Below, piece after piece: positions 54,973 to 64,000 of a stretch of DNA of 64,000 bases (position 1 is its first letter; the number at the start of each line of letters is the position of its first letter). Source of the DNA: a virus; IMG/VR virus record IMGVR_UViG_3300031884_000939, positions 94,514-158,513 of that record; one strand, written 5' to 3'. The notes under the pieces were generated by a model. The model was given only the letters and a program-made list of their open reading frames with translations, was not told where the DNA came from and did no database searches. The translations under genes were made by a program, and so were the position numbers.

Positions 54973-56358
54973 TTATAATTTTTCACCAGGTTCGAATCCG
55001 CGGAATCGTACAAACCGTGGGAACCTTAAACTGTAGGTGCCGTCTTGGTTTTGTGTAACCGCATCAGCAGCCACTTCAACGACATCACCAATAAGCTGAT
55101 CAGCATTGTCCCAGTAACTAACCCTATCGTCATCAGTAAGCCCACTACCAACATTGACTCTAATGTTTCTATTATCATCTACACCTTCACAAATAAATGC
55201 GCCAAGTCTGCCCGCATTACGGCCTGTGCCTTCTTCTACACCAACAATGTTCAAATCTACAGTAATAACAGGCTTCCACTTCATCCAGAATGTTGAACGT
55301 TTACACTCGTATGGAGCATCAACATCCTTAATCATAATGCCTTCGAATCCTGCTACTACCGCATCGTTGGCAAATCTGCGTAATATATCATGCCCTTCAC
55401 TAATGCTAAGGTCAACTTCGATGCCATCCATTACTCGAATACAATCAGTATTGTACTCGAATACGCTACGATATTCTTCTAATATTTCCAATCGTTTATA
55501 TTGTTGAGCATTCCAATAACCACGCTCAAAGTCATCTAACGGAATAATATCAAATACAGAATAAACCATATCATTAGTTTCTACATTAGACTTCCGCTGG
55601 GCTTGCTTCATCAATGCTTGAAAACTTGCGCCAATTACTTCGCCATCTAATACAAATCCTGTTTTGTATTTAGAAAAGAGTTTAGCAAATTTATTTTTAT
55701 TTTCTTCTAGCGATTCTACAATATGCGGGAAGTTTTCAAACGGCTTGCCATTGCGACTGTATAAACTAATATTAGTCTTAGTTACGATTGCTAGTACACG
55801 AACGCCATCTAATTTTTCTTCAAGACGTTTAACGCCTTTCATTTTGCCCAGGTGTTTGTTTGAATCAGTGGCAAGTTGACATTCAAATACAGGAATAGCC
55901 CATTCAGTTTTGCCTAATACTTTATTAAGAGTGCGTTCTGTAATACCGCAACGTAAGTCCTTAATAAGAACACGACGGGCTAAGTTATTCCATTCTAATG
56001 AATCAAACTGCTCTGCTACTTCTTGAATCTTATCACGGGCCGCATGACCAGTAATACTGCGGGTTCGTAGTGCTTCGCACAACGCCCAAAACTTAGGCCA
56101 AGGGTTAACCTGGCCCGTGATGTTCTCAGTCTCTAGTACTTTTTTAACACCAAAGACATAATATGGATTGTATGCTTGATAACAGTTAAACAAGAAACAT
56201 TGAGCATTGGTACTGCCTAATTTTGCCGCCATCAGTGCTTTTTCAATTACAGATTCTTTATGTAATCGGCTGTCACTACTTTCTAAGTCGCGGATCCAAT
56301 CTGCCGCCAATTTAATCCCTTCGAAGTCTTTTAAAGCAAAGTCTATTGTCATACTCAT
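54973..56358 (-). CDS. ATP-dependent DNA ligase
   Basis: EEKLDGVR, SRNGK, LDGEV, VFDI, EGIMIK, W.KWKP, SLRFPRF. Confidence 0.95.
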   Translation of the reverse strand: MSMTIDFALKDFEGIKLAADWIRDLESSDSRLHKESVIEKALMAAKLGSTNAQCFLFNCYQAYNPYYVFGVKKVLETENITGQVNPWPKFWALCEALRTRSITGHAARDKIQEVAEQFDSLEWNNLARRVLIKDLRCGITERTLNKVLGKTEWAIPVFECQLATDSNKHLGKMKGVKRLEEKLDGVRVLAIVTKTNISLYSRNGKPFENFPHIVESLEENKNKFAKLFSKYKTGFVLDGEVIGASFQALMKQAQRKSNVETNDMVYSVFDIIPLDDFERGYWNAQQYKRLEILEEYRSVFEYNTDCIRVMDGIEVDLSISEGHDILRRFANDAVVAGFEGIMIKDVDAPYECKRSTFWMKWKPVITVDLNIVGVEEGTGRNAGRLGAFICEGVDDNRNIRVNVGSGLTDDDRVSYWDNADQLIGDVVEVAADAVTQNQDGTYSLRFPRFVRFRGFEPGEKL

Positions 56359-56359
56359 T

Positions 56360-56548
56360 TTATTTACTCAGCTTTTGCTGGTGCCTATATTCTCGTTTTA
56401 ACCAATATTTGTAACGCTTAATGTATTCTTCTAGTGGCATTGCTAACTCGCCCATTTCAGCGTGTTCATCTTTATTGTCCATCCATATATTTTGTAACCA
56501 CGCACGAAATGGATCTTGCTTCATGCTACCTCCGTTAACATAGACCAC
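56360..56548 (-). CDS. Hypothetical protein
   Basis: FRAWLQNIW...Y...YKYWLKREY. Confidence 0.55.
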   Translation of the reverse strand: MVYVNGGSMKQDPFRAWLQNIWMDNKDEHAEMGELAMPLEEYIKRYKYWLKREYRHQQKLSK

Positions 56549-56808
56549 ATTGCTGTTTTTTCTAAATCTTGTTCAAATTCAGGATATACTTTGTCTAAGT
56601 TTGCTTTATCAACACTAGCATATCCCTTGGCTGTTTTTTGCCTAATCAGTTTAATTAATCCGTATGAACTAATGTTAAGTGATTTAGTCTGTAGTTTCTT
56701 GCCACGACGACCCCAAAATGTAACATACTTAGCTGTACCGAGTTCAATGGCACCCCATACTTTATCGTGAGTATCTTCTTTACACCAACCGATAAATGCG
56801 TAGTTCAT
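56521..56808 (-). CDS. WGR-domain-like protein
   Basis: HDKVW...FWGRRG...K.AKGY. Confidence 0.65.
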   Translation of the reverse strand: MNYAFIGWCKEDTHDKVWGAIELGTAKYVTFWGRRGKKLQTKSLNISSYGLIKLIRQKTAKGYASVDKANLDKVYPEFEQDLEKTAMWSMLTEVA

Positions 56809-57044
56809 TTCAACTCCATGATATGTTTAATCACTTCGTTAGCTTCAGGAAAACCTTCGCGTTCTTTCTTAGCTACTACGGTATCAATCATGTCTAACTG
56901 CACTACATGAAGCCCACTGACAAAAGTCATAACATCTTCGGGTTTCATCTTGTAGGAGATTTTGTATTCTTTTGCGGCCTGCGCTTTTTCAACTTCGTTT
57001 TTTAACGCATCGTACCAAACAAATTTAGGAGTTTTCTTTTCCAT
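56805..57044 (-). CDS. Hypothetical protein
   Basis: Coupled ORF. Confidence 0.5.
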   Translation of the reverse strand: MEKKTPKFVWYDALKNEVEKAQAAKEYKISYKMKPEDVMTFVSGLHVVQLDMIDTVVAKKEREGFPEANEVIKHIMELK

Positions 57045-57178
57045 TAGTTGCTCTCCCAGACTGTTACAAGGTCTTCCAACTCAATATAGTCTTTGAAATA
57101 AATGTAAGTGTCTTCAATGCTACGACCACGAGCCTTACACTCAAGAATTTCTTCGTAGATTCTTTTAAATGCGCCCAT
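57044..57178 (-). CDS. 44-aa microprotein, paralogue of 23558-23680
   Basis: EILECKARGRSIEDTYIYFKDYI; TAATG coupling on both sides. Confidence 0.6.
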   Translation of the reverse strand: MGAFKRIYEEILECKARGRSIEDTYIYFKDYIELEDLVTVWESN

Positions 57179-57558
57179 TATGCTAGTTCCTTTGCTTGAC
57201 GATTAAACACAATTTCTGTGCTCTTAGAGTTCAGAACTTGGTCTTCCATTTCGGACCAGCTTATGTATGGCTCGCAGAAATAAATCTCTCCGTCAAACTT
57301 CAACTGTGACTTTTCGAAGTCTGACAAGTAGTCGTCCTCTTCGAAGGAGTAGCCCAAGATGTATTCGCGAGCACCAATGTCGTTAAACTCGACTCCGGCA
57401 ATGTTAATATAATCCTGTGGATCAGCAGTAGGGTCGACGCCAGTGATTTTGTATTCAGAACCACCTTTGAACTTCCAATATTGAGGGCATTCGCCTGTGC
57501 CGTCCCAATCATGGGCACCGTAGTTTTCCATGAATTGTGTGCGAATAACGAACATCAT
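57178..57558 (-). CDS. Conserved early phage protein
   Basis: TQFMENYGAHDWDG.GECPQYWKFKGG motif; promoter at 57618-57590. Confidence 0.7.
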   Translation of the reverse strand: MMFVIRTQFMENYGAHDWDGTGECPQYWKFKGGSEYKITGVDPTADPQDYINIAGVEFNDIGAREYILGYSFEEDDYLSDFEKSQLKFDGEIYFCEPYISWSEMEDQVLNSKSTEIVFNRQAKELA

Positions 57559-57623
57559 AATGTAGCTCCTTTTTATTAACTATACAAGTATTATAGCTAT
57601 ATTGGAATTATTTGTCAACCGAA

Positions 57624-57854
57624 TTACTTCTTTAGCATTTCTTTAATAGTTGCTTCGCGTTTCAATTGCTCTAAAATGATGGTGTAAAGCAAGTTTAGCA
57701 TGAACCCGCCAATTAAACAGCCACCTATAATTCCTAAAACATTAGGTGGAATGTAAGTGAACGCTAACTGAATTCCAATTATAGCTACAGCACTTATTAC
57801 TACAATACCCAATAAAATTGCTGCGGCTTTGATTTTGATATTTTTAATTTCCAT
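57624..57854 (-). CDS. Two-TM membrane protein
   Basis: Hydrophobic helices; promoter at 57932-57904. Confidence 0.55.
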   Translation of the reverse strand: MEIKNIKIKAAAILLGIVVISAVAIIGIQLAFTYIPPNVLGIIGGCLIGGFMLNLLYTIILEQLKREATIKEMLKK

Positions 57855-57928
57855 TTTGTACTTCCTTTCCGAAGATTCGTTAATTAATTACTACTATAAC
57901 TGCATTATACGACTAATTGATTTTCTTG

Positions 57929-58135
57929 TCAACCGGGCACTACATCATGGGTTACACGGATATTTGTAGGGGTTCCTAGCTTGACTTCGCGAGCTGGCTT
58001 ACACTCTGCTTTCATACTAGTAAACTTTTCAGCATAGTAAGCCTGTTTTTCTTGACAATGTTCTTGGCTCAAATATACCGAATGAACTGTATAATTGCCA
58101 GGATTTGCCATCCAAAATATTAATGCCCATTTCAT
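57929..58135 (-). CDS. Small protein with a Cys pair
   Basis: MKWALIF...C...C.P. Confidence 0.5.
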   Translation of the reverse strand: MKWALIFWMANPGNYTVHSVYLSQEHCQEKQAYYAEKFTSMKAECKPAREVKLGTPTNIRVTHDVVPG

Positions 58136-58656
58136 ATCATATCCTTACTTTTCGCATTATTATAAAACAAATGTCGGCCAATTGTCAATACGTGTTCTTC
58201 CGGATCCGCCCAACTTGGTCGTCGAATATAGTCTGCGTGGTAATATAAACTATCACTCAAACCTCGTACTCGTGTACCTTCTAATACTTCAATAGCAATA
58301 GACTTAGATTCTTCCCAAAGTGATTTCTCAGGCTTTGGTAACTTCTTTTGAAGTGTCCAACTAAATTGCTTTTTGGCATAGACTACTTTACATACATCCT
58401 TACCCCACTTACCGGTTTTCATTCTGTTAAGGGTAACATTGGCCACCGCATATTTTCCGGTTTTGTCTTCTCCACGAGCTTCGTAATAAATGTTCTTAGT
58501 TAAACACTCTACATCTTTTGGTGTGTATTTAACTACATATTTGGTTTGAATAATGTCGTCTAGCTTTTCTTCAATTCGATCCATACGCATTTCCGCACGA
58601 ATTAAAATTGCGCCTAAAATGACAACCGCGGCTACGGCTAGGATTCTGTTAAACAT
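58132..58656 (-). CDS. Cell-wall hydrolase (SleB/Hydrolase_2 family)
   Basis: CLTKNIYYEARGE...AVANVTLNR, C.VVY...QFSW, YYHADY..PSW, IGRHLFY. Confidence 0.92.
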   Translation of the reverse strand: MFNRILAVAAVVILGAILIRAEMRMDRIEEKLDDIIQTKYVVKYTPKDVECLTKNIYYEARGEDKTGKYAVANVTLNRMKTGKWGKDVCKVVYAKKQFSWTLQKKLPKPEKSLWEESKSIAIEVLEGTRVRGLSDSLYYHADYIRRPSWADPEEHVLTIGRHLFYNNAKSKDMI

Positions 58657-58665
58657 AATTAATCC

Positions 58666-58878
58666 TTAAACAAAATCAAAGGCGTATTCGCCAGTGTCGC
58701 CGATTGGACTAACTTGTACCTTGCCTAAACCCAATGTCTCGGACAATCTATGAAACACTTTACGAGCTTGTGCCTCAGTAATAGTACGAACAAACAAGGT
58801 ACCATTACAAAACTCTGTTTTCACAGATTCGTTTGTAAGTGTTACTTTAACTAATTGATCTACGATTGTTTCGAACAT
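58666..58878 (-). CDS. Early hypothetical protein
   Basis: NGTLFV...EYAFDF; promoter at 58937-58909. Confidence 0.6.
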   Translation of the reverse strand: MFETIVDQLVKVTLTNESVKTEFCNGTLFVRTITEAQARKVFHRLSETLGLGKVQVSPIGDTGEYAFDFV

Positions 58879-59010
58879 TTTTAACTCCAAATTGTTTACT
58901 ATGTTCATAGTATAGCATTTTGGTAATTGCTCGTCAACCAAAACAAAACCCCGCTAAAAAACGGGGTTCTGAGTGTTGTATTTCTACAACGGTAGGTACT
59001 TGCATGGGTG

Positions 59011-59961
59011 TTAAGTTACAATAGGCTGTGGGTATGGGTATTGCGCTGGCAGTAAATTTGCTTGAGGTAGTGGACTAGCTGGTTCTACAGGAATATTATT
59101 ACTGGTTGAAATACCAGTTGAGTTAATATTACTTTGACCTTGACGCATAGTAGCAATAATTGCCTGGCCACCGATAGTGTTTTTATCTGCTACGGCTTGT
59201 ATGAATTGTGCTGAGCCACCAGCGGCAGTATCTTGACCATAGCTAGGTAATGACAAAACAAAACTATAAATTGATGAAGTACTATTTGGTGTAAGGTTTG
59301 CGAAACTAACACTGGCACTTAATTGAATAGCCGTTTCTCTACTTAATTGAGTAGACATATTGTTCCAGTTTGTATTCAAGTTTGCTGTTTGTGTCGGATA
59401 AGCAGATATGATAGACGGAATAACAGTAGTAGTAGTTGCTGGAATCAAGCCAGGTCCTCCTATGTTGCCGGAAGATTCTTGGCCGCCAAATGCCGCTACA
59501 AGATTATCGTAAGTGCCAGCTGCTGCTCCGTCAGGAATTATAATAGGACCAGTTGGTGGGCCATAAGTTCCATTAGCAGTAGAAGTCATATCATTGTATA
59601 TGCCAGTTAAATTTGATAAGTTCATAGTACTAACAATGCTAACAGTATTAGCCATAGCGTTTGCTGAAACAACGCCAGCTACAGTTCCCATTGAATCATT
59701 GATAGTAACAGTTCCGTTCGGTCCTGTGCCTTTGCCTATTGCATTAACAACCGCATTGGCAGCCGCAGGAGATACTGCTGAGGTTTGTGCTGTGATTAAA
59801 GGCAACCCATAGTTTGTTTGAACATTAGAAACCGCTTGTGCTAATTGCGGTAAATTCATAAATGCTATATTTGTTATCTGTTGTAGTGCTGCAGACAAGG
59901 CTTTATTAGCTAATGCTTGGTCTGGTGGAATTATTTGACTTAATTTATCTAGTGCTGTCAT
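59011..59961 (-). CDS. Putative virion structural protein
   Basis: Ala/Thr/Asn-rich; GGQAIIATMRQG; downstream of the PAAR gene. Confidence 0.55.
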   Translation of the reverse strand: MTALDKLSQIIPPDQALANKALSAALQQITNIAFMNLPQLAQAVSNVQTNYGLPLITAQTSAVSPAAANAVVNAIGKGTGPNGTVTINDSMGTVAGVVSANAMANTVSIVSTMNLSNLTGIYNDMTSTANGTYGPPTGPIIIPDGAAAGTYDNLVAAFGGQESSGNIGGPGLIPATTTTVIPSIISAYPTQTANLNTNWNNMSTQLSRETAIQLSASVSFANLTPNSTSSIYSFVLSLPSYGQDTAAGGSAQFIQAVADKNTIGGQAIIATMRQGQSNINSTGISTSNNIPVEPASPLPQANLLPAQYPYPQPIVT

Positions 59962-60932
59962 GATAGTGAGCTTACTGCCACTTTTGGCAAATATTGTTGT
60001 AATGTAGAATTAACTGTACCGCCAGCGTTAATGTAGATATTTTGGGTTACTCCGTTTGTGCCAGTAACTGTTAAAGTCTGGAAACTATTAGGAAATATCT
60101 TGTAGGGATTTAATAAGTCAGCTAGCGTATTAATGTTTGGTGTTGTTACGCCAAATAATTTTAATATTTGTGTTAGCGGTGTACCAGTAATTTGCGTCAT
60201 AGCACTATACATGGCTTTTTGGTCTGCGTCTGATGCTGTTAGTGTTGGCGATGTTAAATTGACTACAGTATCAAGACTTACACCTGCGGTAGTAAAAGAT
60301 AAAGCAAGTTGTGGTGTAATGCCGCCAATTTTAGCTAGTTGCTTAACTAATGCTAACGGAGTTCCTAATTCTCCTAGATTACTTAAATCAATTAATCCGC
60401 CGAGTGCTACTAAATCTTTGCCCCATTGTTCAGTACAAATATTAACAGTAGTAATACCGCCACTAACCATATTGTCGGCTCCAGCATAAGTGCCACCTAA
60501 ATATGTTTGACTATTAATAGCTGAACTGATAAAACTGTTTGTTAAACCATTGTAGCCAACTAATGCTCCAAACCCTTGACAAAATTTAGTTAAATCTTTA
60601 TTTGCTCCGTGTATATCGGCACCTATATAAGAATACGCTGTTTGTTTTAATGTAGATGAAAATAAAGAACTACTAGTGTGCCCTGGATATGAATCACTTA
60701 ATGCTGGACAAGTATTTGATGCTAAATTATATAATTGTGCCGTTGTGTTTGCTGGCAGGGTAGAAGCCTTGGCAGCCACAATCGCTTCGTTTAATGCTAC
60801 TACAAATGGTTGACTTTCGTAAGAAGCTATATTTGTTAAAAATGCCGCATTAACACTTAGCCCCTGATTATATAATAAATTGGCAGTGGCTGTTATCTGA
60901 AAGGGTGATAATATACTTGGGCTTGTTGACAT
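59958..60932 (-). CDS. Putative virion structural protein
   Basis: DL..LG.LIDL.NL..LGTP, LADLLNP.KIFPNSF.TL; next to the PAAR gene. Confidence 0.55.
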   Translation of the reverse strand: MSTSPSILSPFQITATANLLYNQGLSVNAAFLTNIASYESQPFVVALNEAIVAAKASTLPANTTAQLYNLASNTCPALSDSYPGHTSSSLFSSTLKQTAYSYIGADIHGANKDLTKFCQGFGALVGYNGLTNSFISSAINSQTYLGGTYAGADNMVSGGITTVNICTEQWGKDLVALGGLIDLSNLGELGTPLALVKQLAKIGGITPQLALSFTTAGVSLDTVVNLTSPTLTASDADQKAMYSAMTQITGTPLTQILKLFGVTTPNINTLADLLNPYKIFPNSFQTLTVTGTNGVTQNIYINAGGTVNSTLQQYLPKVAVSSLS

Positions 60933-60933
60933 A

Positions 60934-61206
60934 TCAAGATTCTATATCAGGACTTCCTTGAATGCGTACATGACCACAGCTATCAACATCACCTACAAAT
61001 ATTACAGGCTTGCCTTTAATTGTAATTAATGATTGTGATGCTCGGCAATGTGCGTGTGTATGTTCGCCTTTAAAGTTTGTGTGGCATGACACAGGCGAAC
61101 CGTCAACTGCTACAGGTAAATTATTCAATCGTAAAGAAGGTTCGCCGGATATTACTTTTCCGCCGCCGCTGTTTACATCACCGACGCGAACCAATGCTCT
61201 AGTCAT
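60934..61206 (-). CDS. PAAR-like tail spike tip protein
   Basis: RVGD...GG.VI.G..S...N..PVA..G..V.CH...H...G.PV...GD...CGH...GS. Confidence 0.85.
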   Translation of the reverse strand: MTRALVRVGDVNSGGGKVISGEPSLRLNNLPVAVDGSPVSCHTNFKGEHTHAHCRASQSLITIKGKPVIFVGDVDSCGHVRIQGSPDIES

Positions 61207-61207
61207 T

Positions 61208-61510
61208 TTAACCCATTATAATTGATGGCTTACGAACTGGTTTAAGGCCAGTAGTTGCTTCTAAGTAATGATCTCCTACTTCTTCACGGGTAGAGCAAAT
61301 CATTGCTACTGCTGTTTTATTTATAGTCGCGTTTTCCTTGGGATCGCCCGTAAACACCGTATAGATAAGTTGGATGCCTTTTTCTGTAGGTACTGCGCTT
61401 AGAGGTTGAGCAATAATGTAACTATCTTCTGTAATCTCTACTACTTTACCTACGATTTCGTCTGCGTTGGTAAGTTTGAATGTGTAAACCTTGTCTTTTT
61501 CTACTATCAT
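61208..61510 (-). CDS. Conserved phage protein (Sm-like fold)
   Basis: TFKLTNADEIVGKV...Y.EATTG. Confidence 0.6.
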   Translation of the reverse strand: MIVEKDKVYTFKLTNADEIVGKVVEITEDSYIIAQPLSAVPTEKGIQLIYTVFTGDPKENATINKTAVAMICSTREEVGDHYLEATTGLKPVRKPSIIMG

Positions 61511-61511
61511 A

Positions 61512-61742
61512 TTATCCTTGGAAATGTTTGCGGAGTTCTGTAAACCCGCCAATGTAATTATCGTCTAAGAAGATCTGTGGTAAAGTTCTTGCGTTAGGTA
61601 CAGCTTCTAATAATTGCTCTTTGGTCCAAGTACCTTTCATGATATTGCGTTCTTCAAAATCGATACCTTTTGATTCCAATAATGCTTTTGCTTGTAGGCA
61701 GTAGGGGCAATTTTCTTTACTCCAAACTATTGCTTTTGTCAT
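61512..61742 (-). CDS. Glutaredoxin
   Basis: CPYC, TLPQIF, IGGF. Confidence 0.95.
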   Translation of the reverse strand: MTKAIVWSKENCPYCLQAKALLESKGIDFEERNIMKGTWTKEQLLEAVPNARTLPQIFLDDNYIGGFTELRKHFQG

Positions 61743-61753
61743 ATTTTTCCTTA

Positions 61754-62854
61754 TTATAAATTTGGTAATTCGTTGTAGTTTAATGAATCACTCATTAACC
61801 CAATAACATAGTTAGTCGATTCTGTTTCTTGTAAAGCAGATTGTTTGTTACTTACATTAACGTGTTTATTAAACCATGGAATAGGAGTTGTTTTAGGAGC
61901 AGGAGTTTGATACTTAATACCAACTTCCTTCAATGCGCCTAAGGCCGTAAAGTCAACAAATTCTTTTAAAATGTTGGCATTCAACCCAATAACTGGCCCT
62001 TTGTTAAACAAGTAGTCAGCCCATTGTTTTTCTTCACGGATAACATCTAAGTACAGTTGATATACTTCTTGTTCACATTCTACTTTAGCTTCGGCAAAAC
62101 GCGGATCTTCTTTAACTACCTGATTAATCATCCAAGCGGTCCAATCCTTGTGTAGGATTTCGTCTTGTAAGATTAAACTAATAATATTGCCGTTACCAAT
62201 AAAGATACGATTCTCAACCATTGCTAAGGATGTGGCGAACGATACCATAAAGCGGAATGCTTCTAATGCGTAACTAGCGTGTAATGCTAACCAAATAGCT
62301 TTAATATGTTCTTTTTCCGTCACCGTCTCGCCTAGTTCTTTACGACAGTTAATAACATGTAGGGCATCGTAGTAGTTTCCTACAGAGGATGCCATATCTA
62401 CGATTTCTTTTGTGTCGTGAATTGTATTGAACGCATCCTTAGGCACATTATAAATGTTACGAATAATGTGTGAATAGCTACGACTGTGAATGTTAGTTTC
62501 AAAGAATGTCCAAGCATACATTAGTGCTTCTAGTTCGGGAATACTACACACAGGTGTAAAGATTTGACATGGGCCGCGGCCTTGTAAACTGTCCAAGGCT
62601 GTTTGTCTGAGCAAGTTACTAGTAAAGATATGGCGTACCGTATCGCTTGCTTCTTTAAAATCGTTAGCATCTTTAGTCAAACTAATCTCTTCAGGAACCC
62701 AAAAGAATCCTCGTGCTTCTTGTTCAAACTTAGTAAGTTTATTATATTTTACTTCTTCGAAACGCTGAATAGTAACTGGGCCTGCTGGATCCAAAAACAT
62801 CTTACGACGCAAATAATCTGTTTTAGTACTTAAATTGTATTGTTCTTTACTCAT
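61754..62854 (-). CDS. nrdB: Ribonucleotide reductase class Ia beta subunit
   Basis: FFWVPEEISL, QTALDSLQGR, ETNIHSRSYSHII, ALE..RF.VSFA, DEILH, QETE. Confidence 0.95.
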   Translation of the reverse strand: MSKEQYNLSTKTDYLRRKMFLDPAGPVTIQRFEEVKYNKLTKFEQEARGFFWVPEEISLTKDANDFKEASDTVRHIFTSNLLRQTALDSLQGRGPCQIFTPVCSIPELEALMYAWTFFETNIHSRSYSHIIRNIYNVPKDAFNTIHDTKEIVDMASSVGNYYDALHVINCRKELGETVTEKEHIKAIWLALHASYALEAFRFMVSFATSLAMVENRIFIGNGNIISLILQDEILHKDWTAWMINQVVKEDPRFAEAKVECEQEVYQLYLDVIREEKQWADYLFNKGPVIGLNANILKEFVDFTALGALKEVGIKYQTPAPKTTPIPWFNKHVNVSNKQSALQETESTNYVIGLMSDSLNYNELPNL

Positions 62855-63395
62855 GCAAGTTGCCGCCTACAGGATAAGATGAACCAACAGGAGCATCAGT
62901 AACTACGGTAGTACCAACAGGAACTGCTTGCCCGGTCCAAGGTGATTCGTTTAACGGACCATAGCATTTGGCTATTGTAACCCCGTTAACCTTTTGTGGT
63001 TCTTTAACGCAAGGGAATGACCACATATTACTCATACCGCCTGTACCTGTAGTTGTAACAAAAGTTCTTGGTTGTGCTGGTAATACTTCCCAAGTAGGTG
63101 CTTGTGGATATTCAGACTTGTAAGCAAACAAGCTCCATACAGTTGCTACACCTTTAGGTGGCTTACAAGAACCATTCATCAGCTCTAAGTCAGCAATACT
63201 TTTGCCTGTAAGAACAGGGCATACTGCTACGCCTTGTTGATATGTCGCACCATTAACCGTCATAGTCTTGCCTGTTGGTGTCGCGGCACTGGCGCCACAG
63301 AACGCAAACTCACCTTCGCAAATAGCTAAGTTATGAGCTACTGCTGTGCCTGCTAGTAATACTAATGCTGTCGCTACGATATGTTTAAATTTCAT
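62847..63395 (-). CDS. Secreted Cys-rich hypothetical protein between nrdA and nrdB
   Basis: Signal peptide AVA; CEGEFAFC, CPVL, SNMWSFPC, CYGP. Confidence 0.65.
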   Translation of the reverse strand: MKFKHIVATALVLLAGTAVAHNLAICEGEFAFCGASAATPTGKTMTVNGATYQQGVAVCPVLTGKSIADLELMNGSCKPPKGVATVWSLFAYKSEYPQAPTWEVLPAQPRTFVTTTGTGGMSNMWSFPCVKEPQKVNGVTIAKCYGPLNESPWTGQAVPVGTTVVTDAPVGSSYPVGGNLHE

Positions 63396-63458
63396 TTTTC
63401 TTCCTTTAGTTCTTTCCATTCTAAATCTTCTATAGGAACCCAACCGTTCCTAAAATAT

Positions 63459-63546
63459 CTATTTCATCTTACATCTATCGAAGTGGAACCGCTTCATCGC
63501 TGGACCTCTTCCTTCTTTATTACAATGCGGGCATACACAATATTTC
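63459..63546 (-). pseudogene. Relic of a homing-endonuclease C-terminal zinc finger
   Basis: Fragment KYCVCPHCNKEGRGPAMKRFHFDRCKMK* with no good start, directly after the nrdA stop. Confidence 0.55.
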
Positions 63547-64000
63547 TTAGAGCTTACAGGCCAAACAGTCCTCTTCTCCTTCGTCAAAATCAATTACTTC
63601 AAGTTTAGTTTCTTCGGCATCAACACCTTTACTACCCTGTTTGTTTATGAGTGAGTAGTACATGGTTTTTAAACCAAACTTATGAGCTAACATTAAATTC
63701 TTAGCAATCAAGGTAGTAGGAACTTTTCTATCCAAAAAGTGAGCGGGGTTATAGAACGAATTTGTACTTAGGCTCTGATCCGTGTATGCCGCAATAACAG
63801 CCGCGGTTTTAAGATAATCGATACAATCTTTTTGATCCCACATAAGCTGATACTTTGATTTTAACTTATTGTATTCTGGAGCGACCTGAATCAATGACCC
63901 TGCTTTTGACTCTTTAACTGTAATAAGACTCATAGGCATCTCAATACCGTTAGTTGAGTTGATTACTACACTACTTGATTCTACGGGTGCCACAGCCATT
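63547..64000 (-). CDS. nrdA: Ribonucleotide reductase class Ia alpha subunit, C-terminal part
   Basis: MAVAPVESSS..NSTNGIE, DQSLSTN, GLKTMYY, terminal CLAC. Confidence 0.93.
   Translation of the reverse strand, partial: MAVAPVESSSVVINSTNGIEMPMSLITVKESKAGSLIQVAPEYNKLKSKYQLMWDQKDCIDYLKTAAVIAAYTDQSLSTNSFYNPAHFLDRKVPTTLIAKNLMLAHKFGLKTMYYSLINKQGSKGVDAEETKLEVIDFDEGEEDCLACKL

Noticed and set aside
1-64000. Stop-codon reassignment as seen in some jumbo phages
   Set aside because: Conserved genes are full-length in the standard code, and TAA, TGA and TAG all end genes.

Overview
This 64 kb window is part of a large (jumbo-type) lytic tailed-phage genome: AT-rich, gene-dense, mostly minus-strand, standard genetic code, with no rRNA, tRNA, CRISPR array or integrase that I can see. 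A betaproteobacterial host is inferred from the DnaK/Clp sequences and a phasin-like gene. Layout: (1) a plus-strand late block of tail-fibre/adhesin-like genes and three proteins sharing a Gly-Ile leader, one with a Hint domain (4.1-12.5 kb); (2) a glycosyltransferase, a PD-(D/E)xK-like nuclease with a capsid-targeting-like N-terminus, and a DNA methyltransferase (14.3-17.5 kb); (3) many small early ORFs, about a dozen ending in a shared F-x-x-E-x-D/Y-x(2-3)-F-x-L-K-W motif, around a low-complexity non-coding segment bracketed by inverted GCGCGAAGCGC elements (17.8-27.2 kb); (4) host-like proteostasis and translation genes (groES, clpP, clpS, small HSP, dnaK, speD, rpsU, clpX); (5) a lipid/PHA-like module and uvsE; (6) a trans-envelope cluster of CsgF, CsgG, two curlin-repeat proteins, a FecR-domain protein, a beta-barrel, a CHASE2 adenylate cyclase, a stand-alone copy of the cyclase C-terminal domain and a metallophosphoesterase (36-46.8 kb); (7) DNA ligase, cell-wall hydrolase, PAAR protein, glutaredoxin, nrdB and the end of nrdA. 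The best candidates for new biology are the curli-FecR-CHASE2 cyclase module, the expanded C-terminal-motif microprotein family, a three-copy covarying 5'-UTR RNA element, and the possibly virion-packaged nuclease with its methyltransferase. All product calls come from reading motifs by eye; no database searches were run.
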